Shown one piece after another: positions 51,204-61,247 of a stretch of 64,000 nucleotides of DNA. Location of the stretch: NCBI GenBank assembly GCA_965226055.1, contig CBDDCA010000005.1:662940-726939 (forward strand). Reading direction: 5' to 3'. The notes under the pieces were generated by a model. The model ran no database searches and was not told where the DNA came from. It saw only the letters and a program-made list of their open reading frames with translations. The translations under genes and the position numbers were made by a program. This DNA comes from Spirochaetia bacterium (GTDB taxonomy: Bacteria > Spirochaetota > Spirochaetia > WTKD01 > G963693115). Numbering within the stretch: position 1 is the first letter of the stretch; each line of letters starts with the position of its first letter.

Positions 51204-51521
51204 TTATATATAATCCTTAAACATCTCTTCTATAGAAGGTTTTGGAAGTGCTCCTACCTGATTTTGTACTACTTCTCCCTTGTTAAACAGTAGTAATGTT
51301 GGAATACTTGTTATATTGAATTTTTGTGCTAACTCAGCTGCTTCATCAACATTTACCTTTGCAATTTTTACTTTCCCTGCATATGTTCCTGCTAACTCAT
51401 CTATAATTGGTGATAACAGTTTACATGGGGGACACCATTCTGCCCAAAAATCCAATAACACTGGTATTTCAGATTGCATTACTTCTGCTTCAAAATTATC
51501 ATTTGTTATTTCTAATGCCAT
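51204..51521 (-). CDS. trxA: Thioredoxin
   Basis: DFWAEWCPPCK, SIPTL. Confidence 0.95.
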   Translation of the reverse strand: MALEITNDNFEAEVMQSEIPVLLDFWAEWCPPCKLLSPIIDELAGTYAGKVKIAKVNVDEAAELAQKFNITSIPTLLLFNKGEVVQNQVGALPKPSIEEMFKDYI

Positions 51522-51630
51522 AGTTACTCCTCATGACTTTTTATTATTTATCTTCAATAATACCACATTTAATTAGTCAATACAAGATGTGTACGCTAAA
51601 TTTTACTTATACAATTATAAGATGCATTCC

Positions 51631-51689
51631 TTTTTTATTTTTCTTGCTCTTTTTTTGCTCCTTCACCGCATTTAATACTTGAACTCGCA
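51631..51689 (+). repeat. Dispersed intergenic repeat copy
   Basis: TTTTTTATTTTTCTTGCTCTTTTTTTGCTCCTTCACCGCATTTAATACTTGAACTCGCA. Confidence 0.78.
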
Positions 51690-51732
51690 CAATGTAACAA
51701 TCAAGTGCATGTACAATGAGTATTCATTATAC

Positions 51733-53367
51733 ATGATTATACCGTATATTTTACTGTACATTAGACAACACCTTACTTACATACGACAGTACTTATGGAG
51801 AAAAAAAATATTCCTATTACTTATACCGTATTGTTTTCTTTTTTTTCATGTAGCAGTATATAGTACGGAACATAATACAGAAACAAAAACATTTCTTACT
51901 ACTCCCCTGTTATCACATATCAATGTAAAGGTACACAATAAACATTATATCAAAGTACAGGAGCATACTCCCCAACGTCTTTATCAAACATATACTTTTT
52001 TGAAAAAAGACAATGAATTTTTATATCTTTATTCTAGTTCCAATAAAGATTGGAATATAAAAATAGGACAGAGTATAAAAGACGACAAGTATATTCCTAG
52101 CTTTGGATTACAAACAATACCATTTACTATTGGAAGCATTCAACAATACGGAGAATACAAATTATTTCAAGATATATCTCAAAACTTTGCATGGAGCTCA
52201 ATGATATTTCAACCCTTTCGCTGGGGCATTGACCATACAAGTAGTGAACCGACATGGGGAGCACGGTTAGGCATTGATCCTATACAAACATGGTGGATAA
52301 AAAGAAAAGAAACTACTCTTTACGGAGCTTCAGTAGGATATGATTTTTCTTTCTACGAACCACGCCTTTTGTATCAAAACAGCACAAGAAACAGCATTGA
52401 TACAAACAGCTCCCACTGGGATGCATGGCTTATACATAAACCTTCTAGTACAGAATTACATCAATTAGTAGTAAGCCAAACATTTTCAGTAGCTAATGCA
52501 CTGTATATTCAAACAGTACTCGCAACCGCAACAAGCAATACACAGGCTACCCGCATGGCAGGATATACTACCATACAATATTTTACTCCTCTTATCGATA
52601 TAAAAATAAACTATACACAATCTGATAAAGACTATATATCGCAAGAATGGAGTTTTGCAAAATATCTATGGGCAAGCAGTGCAGAATTAAGTGTGTACTA
52701 CCTCCCCTTATTTCTTTATACGCCTCCTGCCACACCAAAGGCTCTTAGCCATAGCAATGCAAAAATACGCCTAAGAGCAATAGTACGAGAATATCATCCA
52801 CTTAATATAAGCTACAAAAAACAAGACTACTTATATCAAAAATACGAGTTTGCATGGAAACATGCTTTTACAAAAAATACCATAGAATATCTTCCTTATA
52901 TTACTTATACATGGCATCTCACAGAAAAATATCACAAAATAAAACAAGAGCTATCCATAGCAGTAGGAGATTTTACACTCTCCCCCTCTATAAGCACCAC
53001 TTTTTCTTATACATCTGTATATTCAGAACAGGACAAAGAAACTGATATTCCGCCAACATTACTTTTTAATACATTAGATGCCATTGAAATACTGCTTAGA
53101 CAAAAAATAAAATACAATATACCGCGTGTGCCTCTGTATTTCTTTTCAGACATTTCTCTTCTTCATCAAATAACATTTACATATCATAGTTCAGAAAAGT
53201 ACACGAACACTTTTACAATACAAGAAATACACACTACAGTAGGGCTTACTGCCCAATTACGATATCTTCGATTACATACAGCATATAAAACACGATGGTT
53301 ACCACACAGTTCTAAGCAAAAATTACATATAACATTAGATATAGGAATGCGGTATACTATAAAATAA
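51733..53367 (+). CDS. Hypothetical exported protein, possible outer-membrane beta-barrel
   Basis: Long ORF, aromatic-rich beta strands; the TTG start at 51679 lies inside the repeat so a later ATG is preferred. Confidence 0.5.
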   Translation: MIIPYILLYIRQHLTYIRQYLWRKKIFLLLIPYCFLFFHVAVYSTEHNTETKTFLTTPLLSHINVKVHNKHYIKVQEHTPQRLYQTYTFLKKDNEFLYLYSSSNKDWNIKIGQSIKDDKYIPSFGLQTIPFTIGSIQQYGEYKLFQDISQNFAWSSMIFQPFRWGIDHTSSEPTWGARLGIDPIQTWWIKRKETTLYGASVGYDFSFYEPRLLYQNSTRNSIDTNSSHWDAWLIHKPSSTELHQLVVSQTFSVANALYIQTVLATATSNTQATRMAGYTTIQYFTPLIDIKINYTQSDKDYISQEWSFAKYLWASSAELSVYYLPLFLYTPPATPKALSHSNAKIRLRAIVREYHPLNISYKKQDYLYQKYEFAWKHAFTKNTIEYLPYITYTWHLTEKYHKIKQELSIAVGDFTLSPSISTTFSYTSVYSEQDKETDIPPTLLFNTLDAIEILLRQKIKYNIPRVPLYFFSDISLLHQITFTYHSSEKYTNTFTIQEIHTTVGLTAQLRYLRLHTAYKTRWLPHSSKQKLHITLDIGMRYTIK

Positions 53368-54539
53368 TGAAATTTGTTTTCTGTTTTGATTCTTTTAAGG
53401 AAAGCATGACTGCAAAAAGAGCAGTGCAAGCAGCATATGAGGGATGGAGTACAGTGTTCCCTACCGCACAATATGAATGCTTGCCTCTTTCTGATGGAGG
53501 AGAAGGACTTATAGATGCAGTCAAACATTCTTTTGGAGGAATACAAAAAACCACCACTGTACATGATGCCTTAGGAACAAGAAAAAGAACATCATATCTT
53601 TGGATAGAATCTACAAAAACTGCGGTGGTCGAATCTGCAAAAGCTATAGGCTTAGAATCTATCCCTCATTCAAAACGAAATCCGCTCATAAGTTCTAGCT
53701 TTGGACTTGGAGAATTACTAAAAGCTGCACATATGCAAGGAGCAAAAAAAATAATTATTGGATTAGGAGGAAGTGCCACCGTAGATGGAGGAATTGGGAT
53801 GCTACAGGCATTAGGAGTTTCACTTTTAGACAAAAACAAGCAAGCTATAGCAAAAGGAGGAAAGGCACTTCATTCTATTGAGACTATTGATACTCATACT
53901 GCCTATGCATTTAAGGACTGTTCATTACACATTGCAAGCGATGTAAACAACCCCCTCTTAGGAAAAAAGGGCGCAGTGATGGTATTTGCTGCACAAAAAG
54001 GAGCAACACCAGACATGCAAATACAACTTGAAAAAGGCATGCACCATTATGCAAAGAAACTCCTTCATTATTATCCTACAAAAAATAATAACTCTATCAA
54101 ACACTTTGATACAGAAGGATACGGAGCAGCAGGAGGATTAGGAGCAAGTTTGCACCTATGTTGTAAGGCTCATATTCATAGTGGTATAGATCTTGTTCTT
54201 TCTACCATAGAGTTTCTAAAAAAAATACACGGAGCAAACCTCATCATAAGTGGCGAAGGAAAAGTTGATATGCAAAGTTTTTATGGGAAGGTCCCATGGG
54301 GAGTGTTACAAGCAAGCAAAAAAAAGAATATTCCTCTCTGCCTTTTAGTAGGAAATACAGGCAAAGGATATGGCCGTCTCTATGAACAAGGAGTACGCTC
54401 TATATTTACAATACATAAAACATTGCTTGATCCGCAACAACATTGGGAACATATAAAAAAAACAAGTTATTCAATGCTTAAGGAAAGTGCTCGTGATATT
54501 GCTTTCATCTTTAAGGAAGGCATGGATAAGGATGGATAA
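53367..54539 (+). CDS. glxK: Glycerate kinase (GlxK/GarK family)
   Basis: DSFKES, DGGEG, GLGGSATVDGG, GAAGG, SGEGKVD. Confidence 0.92.
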   Translation: MKFVFCFDSFKESMTAKRAVQAAYEGWSTVFPTAQYECLPLSDGGEGLIDAVKHSFGGIQKTTTVHDALGTRKRTSYLWIESTKTAVVESAKAIGLESIPHSKRNPLISSSFGLGELLKAAHMQGAKKIIIGLGGSATVDGGIGMLQALGVSLLDKNKQAIAKGGKALHSIETIDTHTAYAFKDCSLHIASDVNNPLLGKKGAVMVFAAQKGATPDMQIQLEKGMHHYAKKLLHYYPTKNNNSIKHFDTEGYGAAGGLGASLHLCCKAHIHSGIDLVLSTIEFLKKIHGANLIISGEGKVDMQSFYGKVPWGVLQASKKKNIPLCLLVGNTGKGYGRLYEQGVRSIFTIHKTLLDPQQHWEHIKKTSYSMLKESARDIAFIFKEGMDKDG

Positions 54540-54569
54540 GGAAGGTATAGAATATAAAGAGGATAAAAA

Positions 54570-55871
54570 ATGAAAGAAAAACAAATTTTACTAAGCTGGC
54601 TAAGTGTACTATTATGGCTCATAATATCTACCATGTTTATCAACCCGCTTAGAATATATCTTAGTCCTATATTGATACAATATTATAATATCTCTTTAGA
54701 GCCCGAAGAGATACACTCTATTGTAATAAGCAGTGTGTCATCTCAAATTGTTGCTCTGATAATTAGCATTATACTAAGCTATAGCATAAAACGCATCGTA
54801 CAGCGAAATCTTATATTCTTTGCACTGTACCTCTTACTCCTTTCAACAGGCTTACTTATGGTAAGCACCAACACTACTACTCTTATTATCAGCCTCTCTC
54901 TATTTAGCTTTGGGATTGGGCTATTACTTGCTCCTACTATTACCTCAATATGTTCTCGCATGTACCTTCTTAATACTGTATGGGAACCTGAAATAATAAC
55001 AAAAGATTCAAACGAAACACTACTATCATACCAGAAAGTGCCACTCATCAGTTCCATCAACATTGTATTTATACTTCCAATGATACTCGGTATAACACTC
55101 CTTACAAAATCTTTACTTGTAGCATATCTTGTATTTTTCGCAATCTGTGTTTTTAGTATTTACACCTTACATAAAAATCCTGAGTTTGGAGCGTTCCACT
55201 GCTTATTTTCTTTCAAACAATTTATAAAAAACACACTTATAAACTCCATGTTTTGGTTTATTATCATTATGACATTGGTAGTACTCAGCTTAGAATTTTG
55301 TATCATGTATGTACTTCCTTACTTTTTATACTCTGCTTACATTGATGTAATACCCTTAAAAGACATACAAGATCTACAAGCATTAGTATTTATCATAGCA
55401 AGTTTAATTAGGATAACTATTATCATTTTTATTACCACTTCCATCAATAAACTGTTACCACGACGTCTTATTTTGTTTAGCTGTCTTACTGTAAGTGCTC
55501 TTATCATGCTCTATCAATATGTAGATACCAACACAAAAGTATTTCTGCTCATCACTATCCTTATTACCAGTTCTGCTATTTTACCTATGCTCCTTAAAAG
55601 CACATCACATTTTATTAAACTTTCAATGCTTCCTTTCAGCCTTGCAATTATATCCATAATAGGAAACTATGGATTCCAGTTATTACACTTTTATTTACAA
55701 AAGAGAATGCAGCTGTTTATCACATTTTTTACTACATACAGCTACTGGTATATACTGATAGCATGTACTATAGTAGTGTTAGCCTGTATATTTTATATCA
55801 ATGCATACCGAAAAAACCTACATCTCCTTTCCTTTGATATAAAAAACAATAAGGAACTCCCTCATGCCTAG
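54570..55871 (+). CDS. MFS-like transporter (divergent)
   Basis: About 12 hydrophobic helices. Confidence 0.6.
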   Translation: MKEKQILLSWLSVLLWLIISTMFINPLRIYLSPILIQYYNISLEPEEIHSIVISSVSSQIVALIISIILSYSIKRIVQRNLIFFALYLLLLSTGLLMVSTNTTTLIISLSLFSFGIGLLLAPTITSICSRMYLLNTVWEPEIITKDSNETLLSYQKVPLISSINIVFILPMILGITLLTKSLLVAYLVFFAICVFSIYTLHKNPEFGAFHCLFSFKQFIKNTLINSMFWFIIIMTLVVLSLEFCIMYVLPYFLYSAYIDVIPLKDIQDLQALVFIIASLIRITIIIFITTSINKLLPRRLILFSCLTVSALIMLYQYVDTNTKVFLLITILITSSAILPMLLKSTSHFIKLSMLPFSLAIISIIGNYGFQLLHFYLQKRMQLFITFFTTYSYWYILIACTIVVLACIFYINAYRKNLHLLSFDIKNNKELPHA

Positions 55872-57078
55872 AAAAGAACAAAATCCCCAGCAACACAATA
55901 GCCTAAAAGCAATCATAGCACCTTTATTATTACTATGGGGAATAGTATTTATCAATCTTAATGTCCGTACTATTTTTGGAGTACTAGGACAAACACTCAG
56001 TACCTCTTTTAATGTTCCTGTCCATGTAATCATTGAGCTTGGAAGTTTTATTGCTATAGGAACAATCATATCAATGATTCTCTCTCCTTATGCATCATAC
56101 TACTTTATGCATAACCCTACACTACAATTATCACTTGTGCTTATAGCACTTGGGCTTTTTATGGCAGGAATAAGTACTTCTATTGAATTTATACGCATTG
56201 CTTTTGTTACTATTGGGCTAGGAGCAGGATTATACCCTGGTTCTGGCATCACAGTTGCTAATAACATATCCACAGACAGAATACGAGGGAGAGTGATGGC
56301 AATACACGAAAGCGGTCCCGTAGGAGCGTTTATATTCTTACCACTTTTCTCTGGCATCATACTAATCAACACAAATTGGAGAGTACTATTTTTCGTTTAC
56401 TCAAGCCTTTGTATCATACTACTCTTAATGGTAAAGTTTTGGTGTAACGTAGGATACTTTAGAGGCAGTAGGCTAAACATTAAAAACATAAAAAAATTAG
56501 TCAAAGCCCCTGCTTTTTGGTGTATCACTCTTGCATTTTCTTATGTAGGAACCACAAACATTATTGTATACACATCGCTCAGCAACTACCTCATTCTCTA
56601 TCAAAATCAAACAGAACAAACTGTCTCAATAATACTTTCTTTATCAAGAGTGAGTGGTTTATTTACCATATTTTTCTCTGGTATAGTTATGTCACGAGTG
56701 AACCCCGAAATTGTAATTTTATACACAGGGATAATTTCTGGCGTTCTTACTGCATTACTAGGAATAGTAAATGGAGTTTCACTTCTACTAGTTGTATTTC
56801 TACAAACATTTGCCATCAGTGGTTTTTTTCCTGCTATTTTTGTTACACTTGGAAAGTTTTTTCCGGGAAGATTTCAAAACCTTGTAGTAACTATTATGTC
56901 CATAATTTCACAAATATTTGGCATAACATTCCCTCTGCTTGCAAGTACATTTGCAAGACATGAAAAAATGCAATTATTTTTCATACTACTTGGATGTTTT
57001 ATGATACCGATGGTATCAATTACTCTATTTCTCCGTTTTACAAAACCCACTATAGATGAGGAAGCAAACAATAATTGA
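55864..57078 (+). CDS. MFS transporter
   Basis: 12 TM; GLGAGLYPG, RGRVMAIHE, NWR. Confidence 0.8.
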   Translation: MPRKEQNPQQHNSLKAIIAPLLLLWGIVFINLNVRTIFGVLGQTLSTSFNVPVHVIIELGSFIAIGTIISMILSPYASYYFMHNPTLQLSLVLIALGLFMAGISTSIEFIRIAFVTIGLGAGLYPGSGITVANNISTDRIRGRVMAIHESGPVGAFIFLPLFSGIILINTNWRVLFFVYSSLCIILLLMVKFWCNVGYFRGSRLNIKNIKKLVKAPAFWCITLAFSYVGTTNIIVYTSLSNYLILYQNQTEQTVSIILSLSRVSGLFTIFFSGIVMSRVNPEIVILYTGIISGVLTALLGIVNGVSLLLVVFLQTFAISGFFPAIFVTLGKFFPGRFQNLVVTIMSIISQIFGITFPLLASTFARHEKMQLFFILLGCFMIPMVSITLFLRFTKPTIDEEANNN

Positions 57079-57845
57079 ACGATAAAGATACTCTCTATAC
57101 CTCCACTGAGACCCCAACGCCATTTAGATTTAACAAACAGGTGAGTGCGGTATTTGATAACATGGCTCACCGCAGTATTCCTGGATACAACATACAGCAA
57201 GATTTCATAGCACACTTTACGCTACAATTTCTCCACGCACAAGGAAGCCTATTAGACATAGGATCAAGTTTAGGCAAAAGCCTAGTACATATAAGTAATA
57301 CCGCACAAAAAAAACATATATCATTATCACAGAACAATGCCGTTCTCTGTGATAGTTCCATTGATATGGTAGACAGATGCAAAAAAAATATTACTCCCAT
57401 AACAACACAATGGAATAATGTACATGTTATGCATCTTGATATTACAGACACAAACAAGCTACAATCACTCTTGCATTCTGTAAAAGACACGCTCCAAGTA
57501 ATAATACTACACTATGTGTTACAGTTTATTGATCCTTCCCTTCGTTTTGCTATTGCACGTAGCATGTGGGACAGCCTCCAAAAAGGGGGAATACTATTAC
57601 TAGGAGAAAAACTATACTCAGAACATCCCACAGTACAGCAAATATGGCAGCAACAGCATATTAGCTTTAAGCTCTCTCATGGATACAGTCTTAACGAAAT
57701 ACAGAAAAAGCAACAAGCACTAAAAAACATACTTGTCCCTACAAGCTATCTTACTATGAATAACTTCATTCAATCATTACATGCATCACATGTAAGTACT
57801 TATTTTTCTTTTGGTGAATTTTTTTGTTACTGCATCATAAAATAA
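57075..57845 (+). CDS. cmoA: CmoA-like SAM-dependent enzyme (carboxy-SAM synthase family)
   Basis: FRFNKQVSAVFDNMAHRSIPGY, DIGSSLG, VLQF, GEK, GYS..EI; adjacent to cmoB. Confidence 0.8.
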   Translation: MNDKDTLYTSTETPTPFRFNKQVSAVFDNMAHRSIPGYNIQQDFIAHFTLQFLHAQGSLLDIGSSLGKSLVHISNTAQKKHISLSQNNAVLCDSSIDMVDRCKKNITPITTQWNNVHVMHLDITDTNKLQSLLHSVKDTLQVIILHYVLQFIDPSLRFAIARSMWDSLQKGGILLLGEKLYSEHPTVQQIWQQQHISFKLSHGYSLNEIQKKQQALKNILVPTSYLTMNNFIQSLHASHVSTYFSFGEFFCYCIIK

Positions 57846-57866
57846 CAAAAAGAACATAACTAAGGC

Positions 57867-58943
57867 ATGCATTTATTTATGGATTTTTCCTTACTATACA
57901 AACAACAACGAAACAGCTGGTTTCACAGCAATTCCTTCAACAATACTCATTTACATACTTTTATTGAAACTATCCGAAAAAAAGAACTCCACAAAATTTC
58001 ACAAGAAAAATATAGTCGTATACGAAAACTCTTACGTATGCTACAAACATACTATACAATCAAACAACCAAGCCTGTCATTACACCCTCTCCATACACAA
58101 AGCACTCATGCCGTAAGCATCCATTTTAATTGTCAGTTTGAAAAAAAACATTCTCTCCAAGCAACACATATTCCTGATGCGGAGTCACTACTACAAAACA
58201 TACTTACAGAACTCATACCATGGAGAAAAGGTCCCTTTACTTTTAATGCTACCCATATAGACACAGAATGGAATTCTTTTACTAAATGGAGTCGTATTGC
58301 CTCAAACTTTTCTCTTGAATATTTATGCAAAGGAAAAGATATTATAGACATTGGTGCAAACAACATGTACTATGATTTTTTAATGATTCATAACGGAGCA
58401 AAAAAAGTGCTGGCTATAGAACCCCTTGAACAGTACCGACTGTTTCATGAGCTCTATATGACTCTCCTCTCATGTGATCCTGCATATCCTCTCTACTTTG
58501 AGATGCTTGGTATAGAAGAAGTACAGCAGCTCCCAAAATTTGACACTGCATTTCTCATGGGCATACTCTATCATAGACGCGATCCTTTAGGAACATTAGA
58601 GCAACTCCATACTGTCCTGCGCAAAGGAGGATTAGCAGTCATAGAAACAATGTGCATCCCCATACAACAAGACTATTGCCTTGTACCTCATCCAACATAT
58701 CAAAAATCAAAAGGATATTGGTTTCTCCCCAGCCTTTCTGTACTACAACACTGGATAACACGAAGCAAATTTGAAATTCTATACAGTGGAAACATGGTAG
58801 CTACACAACAAAACGAACAAAAAAAGAGTATATGGATACGCGGAGAAAGTCTTGAACATTTTCTTGATCCTAACGATAACACAAAAACAATAGAAGGATA
58901 CCCTGCTCCTCATAGAGTTCTCATTATAGCAAGAGCATTATAA
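57867..58943 (+). CDS. cmoB: tRNA U34 carboxymethyltransferase
   Basis: PWRKGPF, IDTEW, GILYHRR, TIEGYPAPHR. Confidence 0.9.
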   Translation: MHLFMDFSLLYKQQRNSWFHSNSFNNTHLHTFIETIRKKELHKISQEKYSRIRKLLRMLQTYYTIKQPSLSLHPLHTQSTHAVSIHFNCQFEKKHSLQATHIPDAESLLQNILTELIPWRKGPFTFNATHIDTEWNSFTKWSRIASNFSLEYLCKGKDIIDIGANNMYYDFLMIHNGAKKVLAIEPLEQYRLFHELYMTLLSCDPAYPLYFEMLGIEEVQQLPKFDTAFLMGILYHRRDPLGTLEQLHTVLRKGGLAVIETMCIPIQQDYCLVPHPTYQKSKGYWFLPSLSVLQHWITRSKFEILYSGNMVATQQNEQKKSIWIRGESLEHFLDPNDNTKTIEGYPAPHRVLIIARAL

Positions 58944-58963
58944 TGCTCTCATCGTAAATACTA

Positions 58964-60238
58964 CTAGCGTAATTTCTGAATATCTGCCCCAAGCAACTGA
59001 AGACGTTTCGCAAGATTCTCGTAACCTCGTTCTATTTGATAAATATTTTCTATCACACTCTGCCCCTCAGCACACAGTGCAGCAATCACCATTGCCATAC
59101 CCGCACGTACATCAGGAGAACTGAGTGTAGCAGCAATCAAATTTGTAGGACCGTTTACTATAGCACGATGTGGATCACATAGCACAATTCTTGCTCCCAT
59201 AGTGAGCAATTTATCCGTAAAATATAAGCGAGACTCAAACATCTTCTCATGAATGAGCACTGTCCCTTCACATTGCGTAGCTAATACTAAGACAATACTC
59301 GTAAGATCAGGAGGAAATCCTGGCCAAGGAGCATCTGAAATAGTGGGTATTGCGTTCCCTAAATCAGGAACAATTTTTTTCGTCTGTTTTTCACTTACAA
59401 GAATAGTATCTCCATCATAGGTCCATCGTGCTCCTAGTTTTGCAAACACAAGCTCAATCATCCGTAGATGCTTTGCTTCAATATTGTGTATAGCAATACG
59501 GCTGTTAGTAGACACAGCAAGTCCTATGAAGGACCCAATCTCCATAAAGTCAGGACCAATAGTAAATTCACAGCCTCCTAATGCATCCACTCCTTCAATA
59601 ATAAGCACATTAGATCCAATACCCCTTATTTTCGCCCCCATACTATTGAGCATATTGCATACATCTTGTACATGTGGCTCACACGCTGCATTTTCAATAA
59701 CGGTCGTTCCTTTTGCCGTTACCGCAGCCATAATAGCATTTTCTGTCGAAGTCACCGAAGCCTCATCTTGAAACACATGTGTCCCAACAAGTTTTTTTGC
59801 CTTTAATGCTATCGTATCTTTTATTGAAAATGTTGCTCCTAAAGCAGTAAGCGCAAGATAATGCGTATCCAATCGCCTTCTTCCTATCACATCACCACCA
59901 GGAAGAGGTAAGCTCGCCTCTTTTGCTCTTCCTAGTAAAGCCCCTGCAAACAATATGGAAGCACGTATCTTCTGTCCTAATGCTTGCGGTACATGGGTAC
60001 TACTAATAGTTTTAGCATGTAACTTATAAGAATGTTCTCCTATCTTTTGTAGCTTCACTCCCAGATGCTCTAAAATACGCAATATAACCTTCACATCCTC
60101 AAGTGCAGGGATATTGTGTAAGATAACCTCTTCTTCAGTGAGCAGCACTGCCACTAAACAGGGCAATGCAGCATTCTTATTACCACACACATGTATAGAG
60201 CCCGAAAGTGTCTTTTTTCCATTGATGACGTACTTCAT
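58964..60238 (-). CDS. murA: UDP-GlcNAc 1-carboxyvinyltransferase (Asp-type loop)
   Basis: KNAALP, RASIL, PGGDVIGRR (Cys115 replaced by Asp, associated with fosfomycin resistance), IERGYE. Confidence 0.95.
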   Translation of the reverse strand: MKYVINGKKTLSGSIHVCGNKNAALPCLVAVLLTEEEVILHNIPALEDVKVILRILEHLGVKLQKIGEHSYKLHAKTISSTHVPQALGQKIRASILFAGALLGRAKEASLPLPGGDVIGRRRLDTHYLALTALGATFSIKDTIALKAKKLVGTHVFQDEASVTSTENAIMAAVTAKGTTVIENAACEPHVQDVCNMLNSMGAKIRGIGSNVLIIEGVDALGGCEFTIGPDFMEIGSFIGLAVSTNSRIAIHNIEAKHLRMIELVFAKLGARWTYDGDTILVSEKQTKKIVPDLGNAIPTISDAPWPGFPPDLTSIVLVLATQCEGTVLIHEKMFESRLYFTDKLLTMGARIVLCDPHRAIVNGPTNLIAATLSSPDVRAGMAMVIAALCAEGQSVIENIYQIERGYENLAKRLQLLGADIQKLR

Positions 60239-60251
60239 GTACCACTAAAAA

Positions 60252-61022
60252 CTACGGCTTTAACCAACCGCTATAGGGTTTTGCTATTAACCTTGCATTG
60301 TTATATGCCATGCCTATAGTGAGACAAGTGGAAGCAACATAATCAGTCTGATGTTCTTCTATTACTAAGGCCAGTTGAGGTTTTTCTGCTCCTTCTATAA
60401 TATGTAAAGGCAACAATAATTGGATCTTACCTTTATAATACTGAGGAACAGCTAATTTATAATCAGTAATGATTCGTTTATTTATTATTTTTATTACCCA
60501 GTCAAGCGTCTGGTGTATTTTTTCTGCATTCATGCCATCAAAAAGTTCTGCAAGCCTCTCTTTGTTATCTTCTATGATATGGTGAGTATTTACTGTTATT
60601 TTTTTCATCGGATTAAAAATTAATTTTGAAGGATCATCAAAATATTCTGCTCGTTTAGGAAAAATACCATCACAATATTCACGGAGATACCCTGTACTTT
60701 CTTGACAAAAACCTGCAGATACCCATTCTGATTTTGCATGTTCGTTTTTATTCCTATAAAAAAGAGCATAGACAGGCTCATAGTAAGGATAGGGAGTTAA
60801 TAACCCTGTATTAAAACAACATTTTGTTGAGTCACTTGTTATTACTAACTTGTTCTCTTCTACAATCTTTGAATAAGTATGATTGAGATAATTCAGAAGT
60901 ATAGGATGTGTATTGTTATGATACGCCCTTCCCCAATCCTCATTATCCTTATCAATCAACTTATACAGTTCTTCAATTTTTGAGAATATATTAGGAGGAA
61001 AAAAAGCAAAATCTTTTAGCAT
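60252..61022 (-). CDS. DUF3825-family protein
   Basis: ILLNYLNHTY, FNTGL, AVPQYY..KIQLLLPL, TCLTIGMAYNNARLI. Confidence 0.78.
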   Translation of the reverse strand: MLKDFAFFPPNIFSKIEELYKLIDKDNEDWGRAYHNNTHPILLNYLNHTYSKIVEENKLVITSDSTKCCFNTGLLTPYPYYEPVYALFYRNKNEHAKSEWVSAGFCQESTGYLREYCDGIFPKRAEYFDDPSKLIFNPMKKITVNTHHIIEDNKERLAELFDGMNAEKIHQTLDWVIKIINKRIITDYKLAVPQYYKGKIQLLLPLHIIEGAEKPQLALVIEEHQTDYVASTCLTIGMAYNNARLIAKPYSGWLKP

Positions 61023-61180
61023 TTCAAACCTTTAGTTTTAAGTGGACACTAAAAAGAGCATCCACTTATCAAAACATATTTAATATAGCTCCATATTTTT
61101 TCTCGGCTATGGCAACCTTATAAAGAAAATTTTAAAAACAAAAATTTTTTAGCACTATAGTACTACATATAACTATTATA

Positions 61181-61208
61181 ATTATAGCCATATTACAGTA
61201 AAAGTCAA
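61181..61208 (-). promoter_or_regulatory. Sigma70-like promoter for DUF3825-murA
   Basis: TTGACT-16-TATAAT. Confidence 0.6.
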
Positions 61209-61247
61209 GTGCTTTTTACTGTTTTTTTTAGTTTTTTTCCTATACTT

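Noticed and set aside
58964-60238. MurA Cys-to-Asp as a novel resistance trait
   Set aside because: Well known natural variant (e.g. Borrelia, Mycobacterium, Chlamydia)
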